Positions 8,187-17,277 of a stretch of 30,039 nucleotides of DNA are shown here, in pieces. Position numbers and translations under genes: made by a program. Within the stretch, counting starts at the first letter, position 1. Every line of letters begins with the position of its first letter. Source of the stretch: Syntrophobacteraceae bacterium (GTDB taxonomy: Bacteria; Desulfobacterota; Syntrophobacteria; Syntrophobacterales; Syntrophobacteraceae); NCBI GenBank assembly GCA_049509275.1, contig JBELAB010000001.1, forward strand, positions 1 to 30,039. The letters are read 5' to 3'. Below the pieces are notes generated by a model that had not been told where the DNA came from, did no database searches, and saw only the letters and a program-made list of their open reading frames with translations.

Positions 8187-9539
8187 ATGGGCCTTACCGG
8201 GATTCAAATCTTTAAGTTGCTGCCCAAGACCAATTGTGGAGAGTGTGGGGTTCCAACCTGCCTTGCTTTTGCGATGAACCTTGCCTCGGGCAAGGCCGAA
8301 CTGGAAAAGTGCCCCTACGTGTCGGAAGAGGCCAAGGAAAAACTCGCTTCCGAATCGGCGCCTCCCATTCGGCCGCTCACAATCGGGTCCGGCGAATACG
8401 CTGTAAAAGTCGGCGGCGAAACAGTGCTTTTCAGACATGAGAAAACTTTTGTCAATCCACCGGGCTTTGCCATTCTGGTCTCAACTGATGAAGATGAGGC
8501 TTCGGTTGCCGGAAAGATCGACCGGTTCAAGAAATCGCAATTTGACCGGGTTGGACTTAAACTTCGGGCTGAGATGTTTGCGATAAAGGATGCCAACGGT
8601 GACGCAGCAAAGTTTTGCGCCTTGGCTAAGAAGATTTCTGATGGGACCGGGGTGGCGATGATTTTCATGTCCGATTCGGTTGATGTCCTTACTGCGGCCG
8701 CTGATTCATTCAAAGAAAAGAAGCCGCTGCTTTATGCGGCAACGCCGGAGAACGCCGAAGCGCTCGGAAATCTCGCCAAGGCTGCCGGGTGCCCGCTGGC
8801 GGTTAAGGGAGACGGCTCTCTGGAGAGCGTTATCGCACTTAGCGAAAAGCTGTCCGCGATGGGGCTTAAGGACATCGTCATCGACACCGGGACCCGGAAC
8901 CTCAAGAAAGCTTTCGAAGAACAGATCCTGATCCGCCGCGCCGCCCTCAAGGACAGGTACCGGCCGCTCGGGTTCCCAACGATCATCATGGCCAATGAAA
9001 TTGGTGACGGGATCATGGACGAGGCCCTTGTGGCAGCCACTTTCGTGGCCAAATACGGGGCGATAATCGTTCTGAGCGACATCCAGCCGCACGTGATTTT
9101 CCCTCTTCTTCTCGGGCGGCTCAATATCTACACCGACCCGCAACGGCCGATGACAGCCGAGCAGGGAATCTATCCGATTAACAATCCCGACGAGAACTCT
9201 CCGGTTCTCGTGACGTGCAACTTCTCGCTGACCTACTTTATCGTATCCGGTGAAATAGAGTCCAGCAGGGTGCCGTCGTGGCTCTGCGTTCAGGACACCG
9301 AGGGACTTTCGGTCATGACCGCGTGGGCCGCCGGCAAGTTCTCGGGTGAAAGCGTCGGGACCTTCATCAACAAGAGTGGAATCAAGGATAAGGTAAAACA
9401 CAAAAACCTGATCATCCCAGGGTATGCGGCCGGTATAAGCGGTGAGCTGGAAGAAGAACTCGGCGCGGGCTGGACCATCTTGGTCGGTCCAAGGGAAGCC
9501 AGCCAGATCCCCAAATTCCTCAAAAGCATGAAGGCGTAG
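8187..9539 (+). CDS. acsC: Corrinoid iron-sulfur protein large subunit (CdhE/AcsC)
   Basis: LPKTNCGECGVPTCLAFAM...CPY [4Fe-4S] motif, GGETVLFRHEKTF, IYTDPQRP, NFSLTYF, TAWAAGKF; 450 aa. Confidence 0.95.
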   Translation: MGLTGIQIFKLLPKTNCGECGVPTCLAFAMNLASGKAELEKCPYVSEEAKEKLASESAPPIRPLTIGSGEYAVKVGGETVLFRHEKTFVNPPGFAILVSTDEDEASVAGKIDRFKKSQFDRVGLKLRAEMFAIKDANGDAAKFCALAKKISDGTGVAMIFMSDSVDVLTAAADSFKEKKPLLYAATPENAEALGNLAKAAGCPLAVKGDGSLESVIALSEKLSAMGLKDIVIDTGTRNLKKAFEEQILIRRAALKDRYRPLGFPTIIMANEIGDGIMDEALVAATFVAKYGAIIVLSDIQPHVIFPLLLGRLNIYTDPQRPMTAEQGIYPINNPDENSPVLVTCNFSLTYFIVSGEIESSRVPSWLCVQDTEGLSVMTAWAAGKFSGESVGTFINKSGIKDKVKHKNLIIPGYAAGISGELEEELGAGWTILVGPREASQIPKFLKSMKA

Positions 9540-9554
9540 ACGGGAGATGAAGGA

Positions 9555-10439
9555 ATGAAGCTAATAGGTGAAAACCTCAACATAATGAGTATAAAGTATG
9601 GGGCCGCGCTGAAAGCAAAAGAGGCCAAACCGCTTCAGGAGCTTGCAATTGAACAGGCTAAAGCCGGAATGGACTATGTGGACCTCAATATCGGTCCGGC
9701 GGGAAAAACGGGCGTGGACCTGATGACATGGCTCATCCCGGTTATCGAAGAAGTTGTGGATGTTCCACTTGCGCTGGATACCTCAAACGTCAAGGCGATA
9801 GAAGCCGGCCTCAAAGCATGCAAGAAGTGCCGGCCGCTTATCAATTCGATTATGGTCCGCCCCGAGAGAATGGAAGCCCTCCTTCCGCTTGCCGCCCAGT
9901 ATGACGCTGAATTTGTCGGTCTGCTCTGGGGACCCGAAGGAATGCCCAGGGACGAAAACGAACGCGGAGCGCTTTGCGCCGAACTGGTGTTTAAGGCCAC
10001 GGGCGAATTCGGTATAAATCCTGAGCGTATCTATGTCGATCCTATCCAGACGCCGGTCAACGTGCAGCAGATTCAGATCATGAGCGTTCTGGAGTTCATG
10101 AAAATGTTCGAGGATATCGCGCCGGGGTGCAGAAGCACTATCGGGCTTTCGAATGTGTCCAACGGTCCGCCCGATCACCTGCGCCCGATACTTAACCAGG
10201 TAATGCTGATGATTCTTAAGCGGCATGGACTGTATTCGGCGATTGTGGATTGTTTCGACACCAAGCTCCACGAAATTGCCCGAGGCAAACGTCCGGAGCT
10301 GGAAGCTCTCGTCCAAAAGGTCGAGGATGGACAACCTGTTGATATGAACACCATTTCAGACGAGGAGCGCAAATACGTAAAGACGGCCAAAGTAATCCTG
10401 GGCCAGACACTCTATTCCGATTCATGGCTTGAAATCTGA
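9555..10439 (+). CDS. acsE: Methyltetrahydrofolate:corrinoid Fe-S protein methyltransferase
   Basis: Pterin-binding barrel motifs LIGENLN, DLNIG, LALDT, INS, VDP, GLSNVSNG; directly after acsC. Confidence 0.88.
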   Translation: MKLIGENLNIMSIKYGAALKAKEAKPLQELAIEQAKAGMDYVDLNIGPAGKTGVDLMTWLIPVIEEVVDVPLALDTSNVKAIEAGLKACKKCRPLINSIMVRPERMEALLPLAAQYDAEFVGLLWGPEGMPRDENERGALCAELVFKATGEFGINPERIYVDPIQTPVNVQQIQIMSVLEFMKMFEDIAPGCRSTIGLSNVSNGPPDHLRPILNQVMLMILKRHGLYSAIVDCFDTKLHEIARGKRPELEALVQKVEDGQPVDMNTISDEERKYVKTAKVILGQTLYSDSWLEI

Positions 10440-10456
10440 AATCTGCTACAGTACAG

Positions 10457-10497
10457 GCCCGCCCTACCTGCACAAAGCGGTGAGGGCGGGCTTTATT
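10457..10497 (+). terminator. Probable intrinsic terminator after acsE
   Basis: GCCCGCCCT (10457-10465) pairs with AGGGCGGGC (10483-10491), followed by TTTATT; the 17-nt loop can form extra pairs. Confidence 0.6.
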
Positions 10498-10577
10498 CGT
10501 TCTCACGACGTCCATCCCACCGAAGTGCGGTTGCCATTGAGTCTTTCCACCGGAAAGTTTAATTCAGGGGTACGCTT

Positions 10578-13337
10578 ATGCCAAAGTATGTATATTTTTT
10601 TGAAAACGGAAAAGCCGATGGCGACGCCACAATGAAGGCCCTGCTGGGCGGAAAGGGCGCTAACATTGCAGAGATGGCCCAATTGGGCATCCCCGTGCCT
10701 CCCGGTTTTACAATCACTACCGAGGTTTGCACATATTATTATCAGCATGGCTTCGAGTATCCGGCCGAATTAAAAGACCAGGTCGAAGAGGCCCTGCACA
10801 GGCTCGAGGAGCTTATGGGGCGCAAATTCGGCGACTCTGAGAATCCTCTGCTTGTTTCGGTGCGTTCCGGTGCAGCCCTTAGCATGCCCGGAATGATGGA
10901 CACGATCCTCAACCTCGGTCTCAATGATCATACAGTAGCGGGTCTGATCAAGCAGGCGGGGGGGGACGAACGGTTCGCATATGATTGCTATCGGCGCCTC
11001 ATCGAGATGTATGGGGATGTGGTGCTCGATTTGAAGCCCCAAACAAAAGATGAGCGAGATCCCTTTAGCGTGTTGATCGAGGAAGCGAGAAACAAACGTG
11101 GCGTTGAGTTCGACAATCAGCTTGCCGCCCCGGACCTCAAGGAATTGATCCAACGTTACAAAGGGTTGATTCGCGATCGAAAAAAGGTGGAATTTCGCCT
11201 TGATCCCTGGGATCAGCTTTGGGGGGCCATCACGGCGGTTTTCGGATCGTGGCAGAATCCCCGGGCGATTGCCTATCGCGAGCTCAACAACATTCCGGAT
11301 TCCATAGGCACGGCGGTAAACGTGCAATCCATGGTATTCGGGAACCTGGGTGAGGATTGCGGCACGGGCGTGGCCTTCACGCGCAATCCGTCCACAGGCG
11401 AGAATGTACTTTATGGCGAGTACCTGATCAATGCCCAGGGCGAGGATGTCGTTGCGGGCATCAGGACCCCGCTGCCAATTAACAGGCGCCAGAAAGGCGA
11501 TGGCTCTGATCTGTCTCTCGAAGAAACTATGCCCGAGATATATGCCGAACTCGAAGGCATTCGCACCAAGCTGGATCGTCATTACCGGGATATGCAGGAC
11601 GTCGAGTTCACTATCGAAAGAAATAAACTCTGGATGTTGCAGACCCGGAGCGCCAAGCGAACTGGTTTCGCCTCTTTTAAGGTTGCCGTGGATATGGCCC
11701 GGCAGGGTATCATAAGTAAGCAGGAAGCACTGATGCGGATAGAACCCGATCAATTGGACCAGCTTTTGCGGCCCACATTCGACCCCAAGGCTAAAAACGA
11801 CGCGATCAAGGAAGGCAATTTGTTGACCAGAGGTCTCAACGCGGGTCCGGGAGCGGCAACAGGCCGAGTGGTGTTTAATGCTCACGATGCCGAGGAATGG
11901 GCGATGAGGGGCGAGATAGTTATACTCGTGCGTCTGGAGACCTCCCCCGATGATATTCGCGGTATGCACGCCTCGCGCGGAATTTTGACTGCGCGTGGCG
12001 GAATGACCTCACATGCGGCCCTTGTCGCCCGTCAGATGGGAAAAGTCTGTGTGGTCGGCTGCTCGGACCTCGAAATCGATTACCGCAGCCGGAGGATGAC
12101 TATTGGTGACCGTGTAATCAGGGAGGGCCAGTACCTGTCGCTCGACGGTTCAGTCGGGGAAATTTATGCCGGCCAGATTCCCACACGGCCCTCGGAAGTG
12201 CTCCGGGTTATCATAGACAAAAGTCTCGCGCCGCAAAGGTCTCAGATATACCAGGATTACGTGGCCATGCTGGGATGGGCGGACGAGTTCCGCCGCCTTG
12301 AGATCTGGACCAATGCTGATCAACCGAACCAGGCCGAGGAAGCCATAGCTTTCGGGGCTGAGGGAATAGGGCTCACCCGCACAGAGCACATGTTCTTTGA
12401 AGGTGACCGGATCGATGCGGTTCGCGAAATGATTCTTGCTGAAAACACTCAGGGACGCGAACAGGCTTTGGCCAAGCTGCTGCCGATGCAAAAAGAGGAT
12501 TTCAAGGGCCTGTTCAAGGTCATGAGAGAAAAACCGGTAACTATTCGAACACTTGACCCTCCCCTTCACGAATTTCTCCCCACCGATGATAAAGATATGC
12601 ACAAGCTTGCAACCAAGATGAATATCCCTTTTGAGCAGCTTTACGCCAAGGTGGTCAGTCTGCATGAGGCTAACCCGATGCTTGGCCATCGAGGATGCCG
12701 CCTTGGAGTGACCTACCCGGAAATAACCCGGATGCAGGCCAGGGCGATTATGGAAGCCGCCTGCGAGGTTGCCAGGGAAGGAATGGACGTGCGTCCTGAT
12801 ATAATGATTCCTCTGGTCGGCGACGCTGGTGAGTTCAAAAATCAGAGGGATGTGGTGGAAGCCGTTATCCGCGAGGTTATTGAAAAGTATGGAGTAGACA
12901 TTGAATACCACATCGGGACTATGATCGAAGTGCCGCGCGGGGCCATGACCGCCGACGAAATCGCCGAGTACGCGGAATTTTTCTCTTTCGGGACCAACGA
13001 TCTGACTCAGACTGTATTCGGTATCAGCCGTGATGATGCGGGCAAGTTTCTTCCGGCCTATGTAGCAAAAAAAATATGGGAGCACGATCCTTTCGCCCAG
13101 CTCGATCAGAAGGGGGTGGGCGGGCTTATGGAGATCGCCGTTAGAAAAGGACGTTCCGTCCGGCCTGGTATCAAGATAGGTATTTGCGGCGAGCACGGAG
13201 GCGATCCAAGTTCTGTCGAGTTCTGCCACAGAATAGGGCTCGATTATGTCAGCTGCTCACCATACAGGATCCCGATTGCTACTCTTGCCGCCGCCCAGGC
13301 TGCCATAAAGGAGAAATTCGAAAAGACGGATTCCTGA
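10578..13337 (+). CDS. ppdK: Pyruvate, phosphate dikinase
   Basis: LLGGKGA, VSVRSGA..SMPGMMDT, GEDVVAGIRTP, GGMTSHAA (phospho-His), GIGLTRTEHMF, NPMLGHRGCRL, SFGTNDLTQ, GICGEHGG; 919 aa. Confidence 0.97.
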   Translation: MPKYVYFFENGKADGDATMKALLGGKGANIAEMAQLGIPVPPGFTITTEVCTYYYQHGFEYPAELKDQVEEALHRLEELMGRKFGDSENPLLVSVRSGAALSMPGMMDTILNLGLNDHTVAGLIKQAGGDERFAYDCYRRLIEMYGDVVLDLKPQTKDERDPFSVLIEEARNKRGVEFDNQLAAPDLKELIQRYKGLIRDRKKVEFRLDPWDQLWGAITAVFGSWQNPRAIAYRELNNIPDSIGTAVNVQSMVFGNLGEDCGTGVAFTRNPSTGENVLYGEYLINAQGEDVVAGIRTPLPINRRQKGDGSDLSLEETMPEIYAELEGIRTKLDRHYRDMQDVEFTIERNKLWMLQTRSAKRTGFASFKVAVDMARQGIISKQEALMRIEPDQLDQLLRPTFDPKAKNDAIKEGNLLTRGLNAGPGAATGRVVFNAHDAEEWAMRGEIVILVRLETSPDDIRGMHASRGILTARGGMTSHAALVARQMGKVCVVGCSDLEIDYRSRRMTIGDRVIREGQYLSLDGSVGEIYAGQIPTRPSEVLRVIIDKSLAPQRSQIYQDYVAMLGWADEFRRLEIWTNADQPNQAEEAIAFGAEGIGLTRTEHMFFEGDRIDAVREMILAENTQGREQALAKLLPMQKEDFKGLFKVMREKPVTIRTLDPPLHEFLPTDDKDMHKLATKMNIPFEQLYAKVVSLHEANPMLGHRGCRLGVTYPEITRMQARAIMEAACEVAREGMDVRPDIMIPLVGDAGEFKNQRDVVEAVIREVIEKYGVDIEYHIGTMIEVPRGAMTADEIAEYAEFFSFGTNDLTQTVFGISRDDAGKFLPAYVAKKIWEHDPFAQLDQKGVGGLMEIAVRKGRSVRPGIKIGICGEHGGDPSSVEFCHRIGLDYVSCSPYRIPIATLAAAQAAIKEKFEKTDS

Positions 13338-13415
13338 TAATACATAGCGGTTTCAACGGTTGTGGTCAAATTATGAGGCTGATAGGCGCCCCTATTCTGA
13401 TCTGATGGAGATCAC

Positions 13416-14351
13416 ATGAAAAACACAACTTGGCTTCGCCGCTCCATAATCTCTGTTCCTGCAAACCGCGAAAAGATGCTCACCAAAGCATTCAAACTCG
13501 ATGCTGACGTTATCATGCTGGACCTTGAAGATTCCGTTCCGGTCAACGAAAAAGAGGAGGCCCGCAAACGGGCTATCTCCACATTGAGGGAACAGGATTG
13601 GGGAGGGAAGCTCAGGTCGCTTCGCATCAATGCGATGGATACGCCGTTCGCCTACCGTGATATAATTGATATAGTTGAGGAAGCGGGCGAATATGTCGAT
13701 ACGATGGTCGTCCCAAAGGTCGATGACCCGGCGGAAATAAAAGCGATCGACTATCTTCTGACCCAGATAGAGCTTCGGATGGGCTTTAAAAGGCCCATTG
13801 GGCTTGAACCTTCAATAGAAACGGCATCAGGAATGCTAAGGGCCGGGGAGATCGCATTGAGCTCGCCGCGGGTTGAGACGCTTGTATTTGGGGTTGCCGA
13901 TTACAGCGCTTCCCTGACCATGTTGAGTAAAGGTGTCAGCGGTCACGGTGAGCAGGAGGATTTCTACCCCGGTCACAGGTTCCATTTTCCATTAAGCTAT
14001 ATGGCAATGGCGGCGAAGGCTGCGGGTCTGCCAGCTATCGACGCCCCTTATGGGGACTACAAAGACCCCGAAGGTCTGAGGCGTTCATGCCTTATGAGCG
14101 CCGCCCTGGGGTACGACGGCAAATGGGTGATTCACCCGGATCAGGTTGCAATTGTAAATGAAGTCTATTCTCCTTCTGAGCAAGACTTCCAACGTTCGGC
14201 CAGGATCCTTGAGGCCTATGAACAGGCTCGGGCGGCCGGGGTGGGATCGCTCGCCCTGGATGGGAAAATGGTCGATGCCGCGTCCATACGCGTCGCTCGG
14301 GTGATTTATGCTCAATGGGAAGCGATGAACAGGCGTTCGACCAGGCCCTGA
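13416..14351 (+). CDS. CitE/HpcH-family CoA-ester lyase (malyl-CoA lyase-like)
   Basis: RRS..SVP, LDLEDSV, RIN, VPKV, IET, FGVADY, GKWVIHPDQV, DGKMVD motifs; 311 aa. Substrate cannot be set from sequence alone. Confidence 0.85.
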   Translation: MKNTTWLRRSIISVPANREKMLTKAFKLDADVIMLDLEDSVPVNEKEEARKRAISTLREQDWGGKLRSLRINAMDTPFAYRDIIDIVEEAGEYVDTMVVPKVDDPAEIKAIDYLLTQIELRMGFKRPIGLEPSIETASGMLRAGEIALSSPRVETLVFGVADYSASLTMLSKGVSGHGEQEDFYPGHRFHFPLSYMAMAAKAAGLPAIDAPYGDYKDPEGLRRSCLMSAALGYDGKWVIHPDQVAIVNEVYSPSEQDFQRSARILEAYEQARAAGVGSLALDGKMVDAASIRVARVIYAQWEAMNRRSTRP

Positions 14352-14360
14352 CCCATCATT

Positions 14361-16079
14361 GTGACAAATCATATGGCAGAACCGATATCTAAAATGAAGC
14401 CAAATAAGTCAAAGACGATTGGCGCTAAGTCCGTAAAGCGTGGCCATGAAAATTTGACCAGGCATTTGGAGCTTCAGATACTCTACGATATCTTTTCTGC
14501 TCTCAACAGTTCACCGCATCTTCAGGATGTTCTAAAGCGCGCGCTTTCAAATATTCTCGGGACCCTTAAGTTCAAGATGGGGGCCCTGTACCTCGTTAAA
14601 GAATCATCGGGTGAAAAGTGGCAGCTCGAGCTTTCGGCCCATCATGGCTTCTCGCCCACCATGCTCAACGGTATCCAGTACCTGACCATGACCTCAGAGA
14701 TGATGGGCAGTTACAGAGATAAGGACCCGATCAGGCGGTTCCCCATCTCAAAGCTTACTTTCGCCGCCCTGCGCGCGCGCACGAAAGACGAGAGAATCGA
14801 TGAAATCATCAGCATCGCTCTTATGTCACACAAAAATGTAGTAGGGCTGCTTTATGTCACCAATGACGGAACATATAAGTTAGGAGCAGGGCATAACGAA
14901 CTTCTAAGGGCCATCGGAAACCAACTCGGGGTTTCCATTCAGAATGCGATGCTCTTCGACTCGGTGGAACGTGCGAAGTGCGAACTGGAGATCAGCTTTG
15001 ACGCCATTCAGGACGCCATTTTCCTGATTGATAACAGGATGCGGATTTATCGAGTGAACCGCACCAGCGAGATGGTTTACGGGCCGAACCTGGTCGGGCA
15101 AAAATACCCTCTGGTACTCTACGGGACCGAGCAGCCCCATGTCGAGTGTCCCATCTGGGCATGCCTGTGGGGTGCTCAGCCCATTCGCCGGGAGGGGCCC
15201 CACCCGCGCTGGGGAGGCTACTACCACTATCAAGCATTTCCTGTGCTCAACGTGGCCGGAGACCTTGAGCGGGTGATCTATTATGAAAAAGACGCCACCC
15301 AAGCCAGGAAACTCGAACAACGCCTTCAGCAGTCGGAGAGGCTCAAGGCGCTGGGGACGCTGGCCGCTGGAATCGCACACGAAATTCGAAACCCGCTGGC
15401 TACCATAAACTTCAATACCCAGATGCTTCGGCGCGAACTGGAATTACGACCGGCCCAACAGGAGATGTTAGACGACGTATCCGAGCAGATACGCAAGATG
15501 GACCGTATCATTCAGCAGGTGCTCCATTTCGCGCGGCCTCGCGATCCTCAGTTCGTGCCCGGCAGCCTGAATGAAGTCGTGCGCCACTGCCTGGATATGT
15601 CCAAGATGTACCTCATAAAGGCCCATGCTGAAGTTTCAGTCGATCTGTGGCCGGACCTGCCCCCCACCGTCATGGATTTCAATCAGATCTGCCAAGTATT
15701 GATGAACCTGATAATCAATTCCATCGAGGCGATGCCGGGGGGCGGAAAATTGAGGATAAGCACTTCATTGCACCAGGAGCAGGGGCAAATCTTTGAGATT
15801 CAGGATTCGGGGACCGGTATCCTGGATGAAGACAAAGGCCGCATCTTCGACCCTTTCTTTACGCGAAAACCTGAAGGGACAGGAATGGGTCTCAGTATAT
15901 CAAGGCAGATAATCGAGAAACACGGTGCTCTTATTGAACTGGCTTCCACTCCGGGACAAGGAACCACTTTCCGGCTGATTTTCCCCATGGGGACCAATCC
16001 GATTCCAGCGGTTTCGGACCAGCCGCCGGAGCCTTCAGCCGAGACGGTTAAGGTTCTGGGCACGAAAAAGAAAAAATAG
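14361..16079 (+). CDS. GAF-PAS sensor histidine kinase (cytoplasmic, no TM helix seen)
   Basis: GAF (LLRAIGNQLGVSIQNAMLF), PAS (FDAIQDAIFLID..IYRVN), H-box AHEIRNPL, N-box NLIINS, DSGTGI, FDPFFTRK, GTGMGL. Start could be GTG 14361 or ATG 14373. Confidence 0.92.
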   Translation: MTNHMAEPISKMKPNKSKTIGAKSVKRGHENLTRHLELQILYDIFSALNSSPHLQDVLKRALSNILGTLKFKMGALYLVKESSGEKWQLELSAHHGFSPTMLNGIQYLTMTSEMMGSYRDKDPIRRFPISKLTFAALRARTKDERIDEIISIALMSHKNVVGLLYVTNDGTYKLGAGHNELLRAIGNQLGVSIQNAMLFDSVERAKCELEISFDAIQDAIFLIDNRMRIYRVNRTSEMVYGPNLVGQKYPLVLYGTEQPHVECPIWACLWGAQPIRREGPHPRWGGYYHYQAFPVLNVAGDLERVIYYEKDATQARKLEQRLQQSERLKALGTLAAGIAHEIRNPLATINFNTQMLRRELELRPAQQEMLDDVSEQIRKMDRIIQQVLHFARPRDPQFVPGSLNEVVRHCLDMSKMYLIKAHAEVSVDLWPDLPPTVMDFNQICQVLMNLIINSIEAMPGGGKLRISTSLHQEQGQIFEIQDSGTGILDEDKGRIFDPFFTRKPEGTGMGLSISRQIIEKHGALIELASTPGQGTTFRLIFPMGTNPIPAVSDQPPEPSAETVKVLGTKKKK

Positions 16080-16118
16080 ATCTGGTTCCGGGCTGGTCAA
16101 CAGAAGTTTTAATAAACA

Positions 16119-16889
16119 TCAACTTAATAAATCATCTTTACGACATCTTAAAAGGGAGTGCCCTTTTGTTTCAAAAGCCTCTTCGTGTATGTCCCGATCA
16201 TAAAACAGGCCCCTGTCCTGTCCATCCAATCCCGCAACACCTCCCGAGAATTCATCGGGCTCAATGCCCGGCTCATTGATCTCGATTCGATCGACAATAG
16301 ATGAAAACCCCATCGAATCGGTAAGTGTCTGGAGAACTAGATCGTGTTCGGCCTCACTTTCAATCGTGCCTTCCAGAAAAACAACTCCCTTCTTCAAGAA
16401 AATCCTGAGTTCTTCCGTGTCGATTCTCTCGTCGGTTTGCAGGTGCTCATAGATCAGATGGACTACCTGTTCATTAGCCAAACCCAGGTATTCATCGGGG
16501 ACCTTTCCGGAAGCGGCCGCTTCATACGTCTGCGGCAAGCTCCTATGCTGCTTTTCATAGTCGCGGGCGCACTCTACGCAAAGTCGCGCCCAAGGTATCA
16601 CCTGCAACCTTTTCGGCGCTATATCGTCCCCACATGACTCGCAAACCCCATAATCGCCCAGCGACATCTTGATCAGCGCCAGATCGATCTGCTCGATTTC
16701 GATTTTCCCATTCTCGTCGAGTTTGTCGTAAGGCTTGGTAATGCTGGCCTTCTGAGCCTCTTCTTCCAACTCTATGGCGGGCTCTTCGAGTTCCTGCCAG
16801 GCCTCCGCAAGCCTGCGAACTCTTTCCAGTATGCTGCTGCGACTCTCGAGAAGCATATTTCTAAGGAAAAGTACTTCTTGCTTGCTCAT
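16119..16889 (-). CDS. DksA/TraR C4 zinc-finger protein fused to a C-terminal BON domain
   Basis: Coiled coil then YGVCESCGDDIAPKRLQVIPWARLCVECA (C83, C86, C104, C107); residues ~138-205 fit BON (KGVVFLEGTIES...GFSSIVDRIEI); SD AGGAGG. Confidence 0.8.
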   Translation of the reverse strand: MSKQEVLFLRNMLLESRSSILERVRRLAEAWQELEEPAIELEEEAQKASITKPYDKLDENGKIEIEQIDLALIKMSLGDYGVCESCGDDIAPKRLQVIPWARLCVECARDYEKQHRSLPQTYEAAASGKVPDEYLGLANEQVVHLIYEHLQTDERIDTEELRIFLKKGVVFLEGTIESEAEHDLVLQTLTDSMGFSSIVDRIEINEPGIEPDEFSGGVAGLDGQDRGLFYDRDIHEEAFETKGHSLLRCRKDDLLS

Positions 16890-16937
16890 TTTTGAATCCT
16901 CCTGCGCACGACAACAAGAAATAACTACATGCGACTA

Positions 16938-16966
16938 AAAATAAGAAGCCTGTAAGAATAATTCAA
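16938..16966 (-). promoter_or_regulatory. Candidate sigma70 promoter for the DksA-BON gene
   Basis: Minus strand TTGAAT-N17-TATTTT, about 50 nt upstream of the ATG. Confidence 0.4.
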
Positions 16967-17277
16967 GTTTATCCGGAAAAATATCGAAATCACTGCGAGA
17001 TCAGGTGTAAACCAGTTGCACTTCGTTGACATCGGCACGGCCGCGTATTGCAGTAATCTCCTCCTGAATTATAGCGCTACCGAGGGTTACAGGAGGACCT
17101 CCAAACCCCCAAAATTGTTGAATTTCCCCACATGCCTCTTGAAAATCGACTTTAGATAACGTATTTATCTCACCACGGAGGGTGGGACCGGACCCATCTG
17201 GACTAATTGGTATCCGCGTGGCGAATCTGTTAAAACACAACTGAACACCGGTTCGGACTGAGTTCCGGGGGAGTTCT

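Noticed and set aside
10770-13229. 399-aa and 359-aa minus-strand ORFs
   Set aside because: Antisense shadows of ppdK, expected from codon bias in GC-rich genes.
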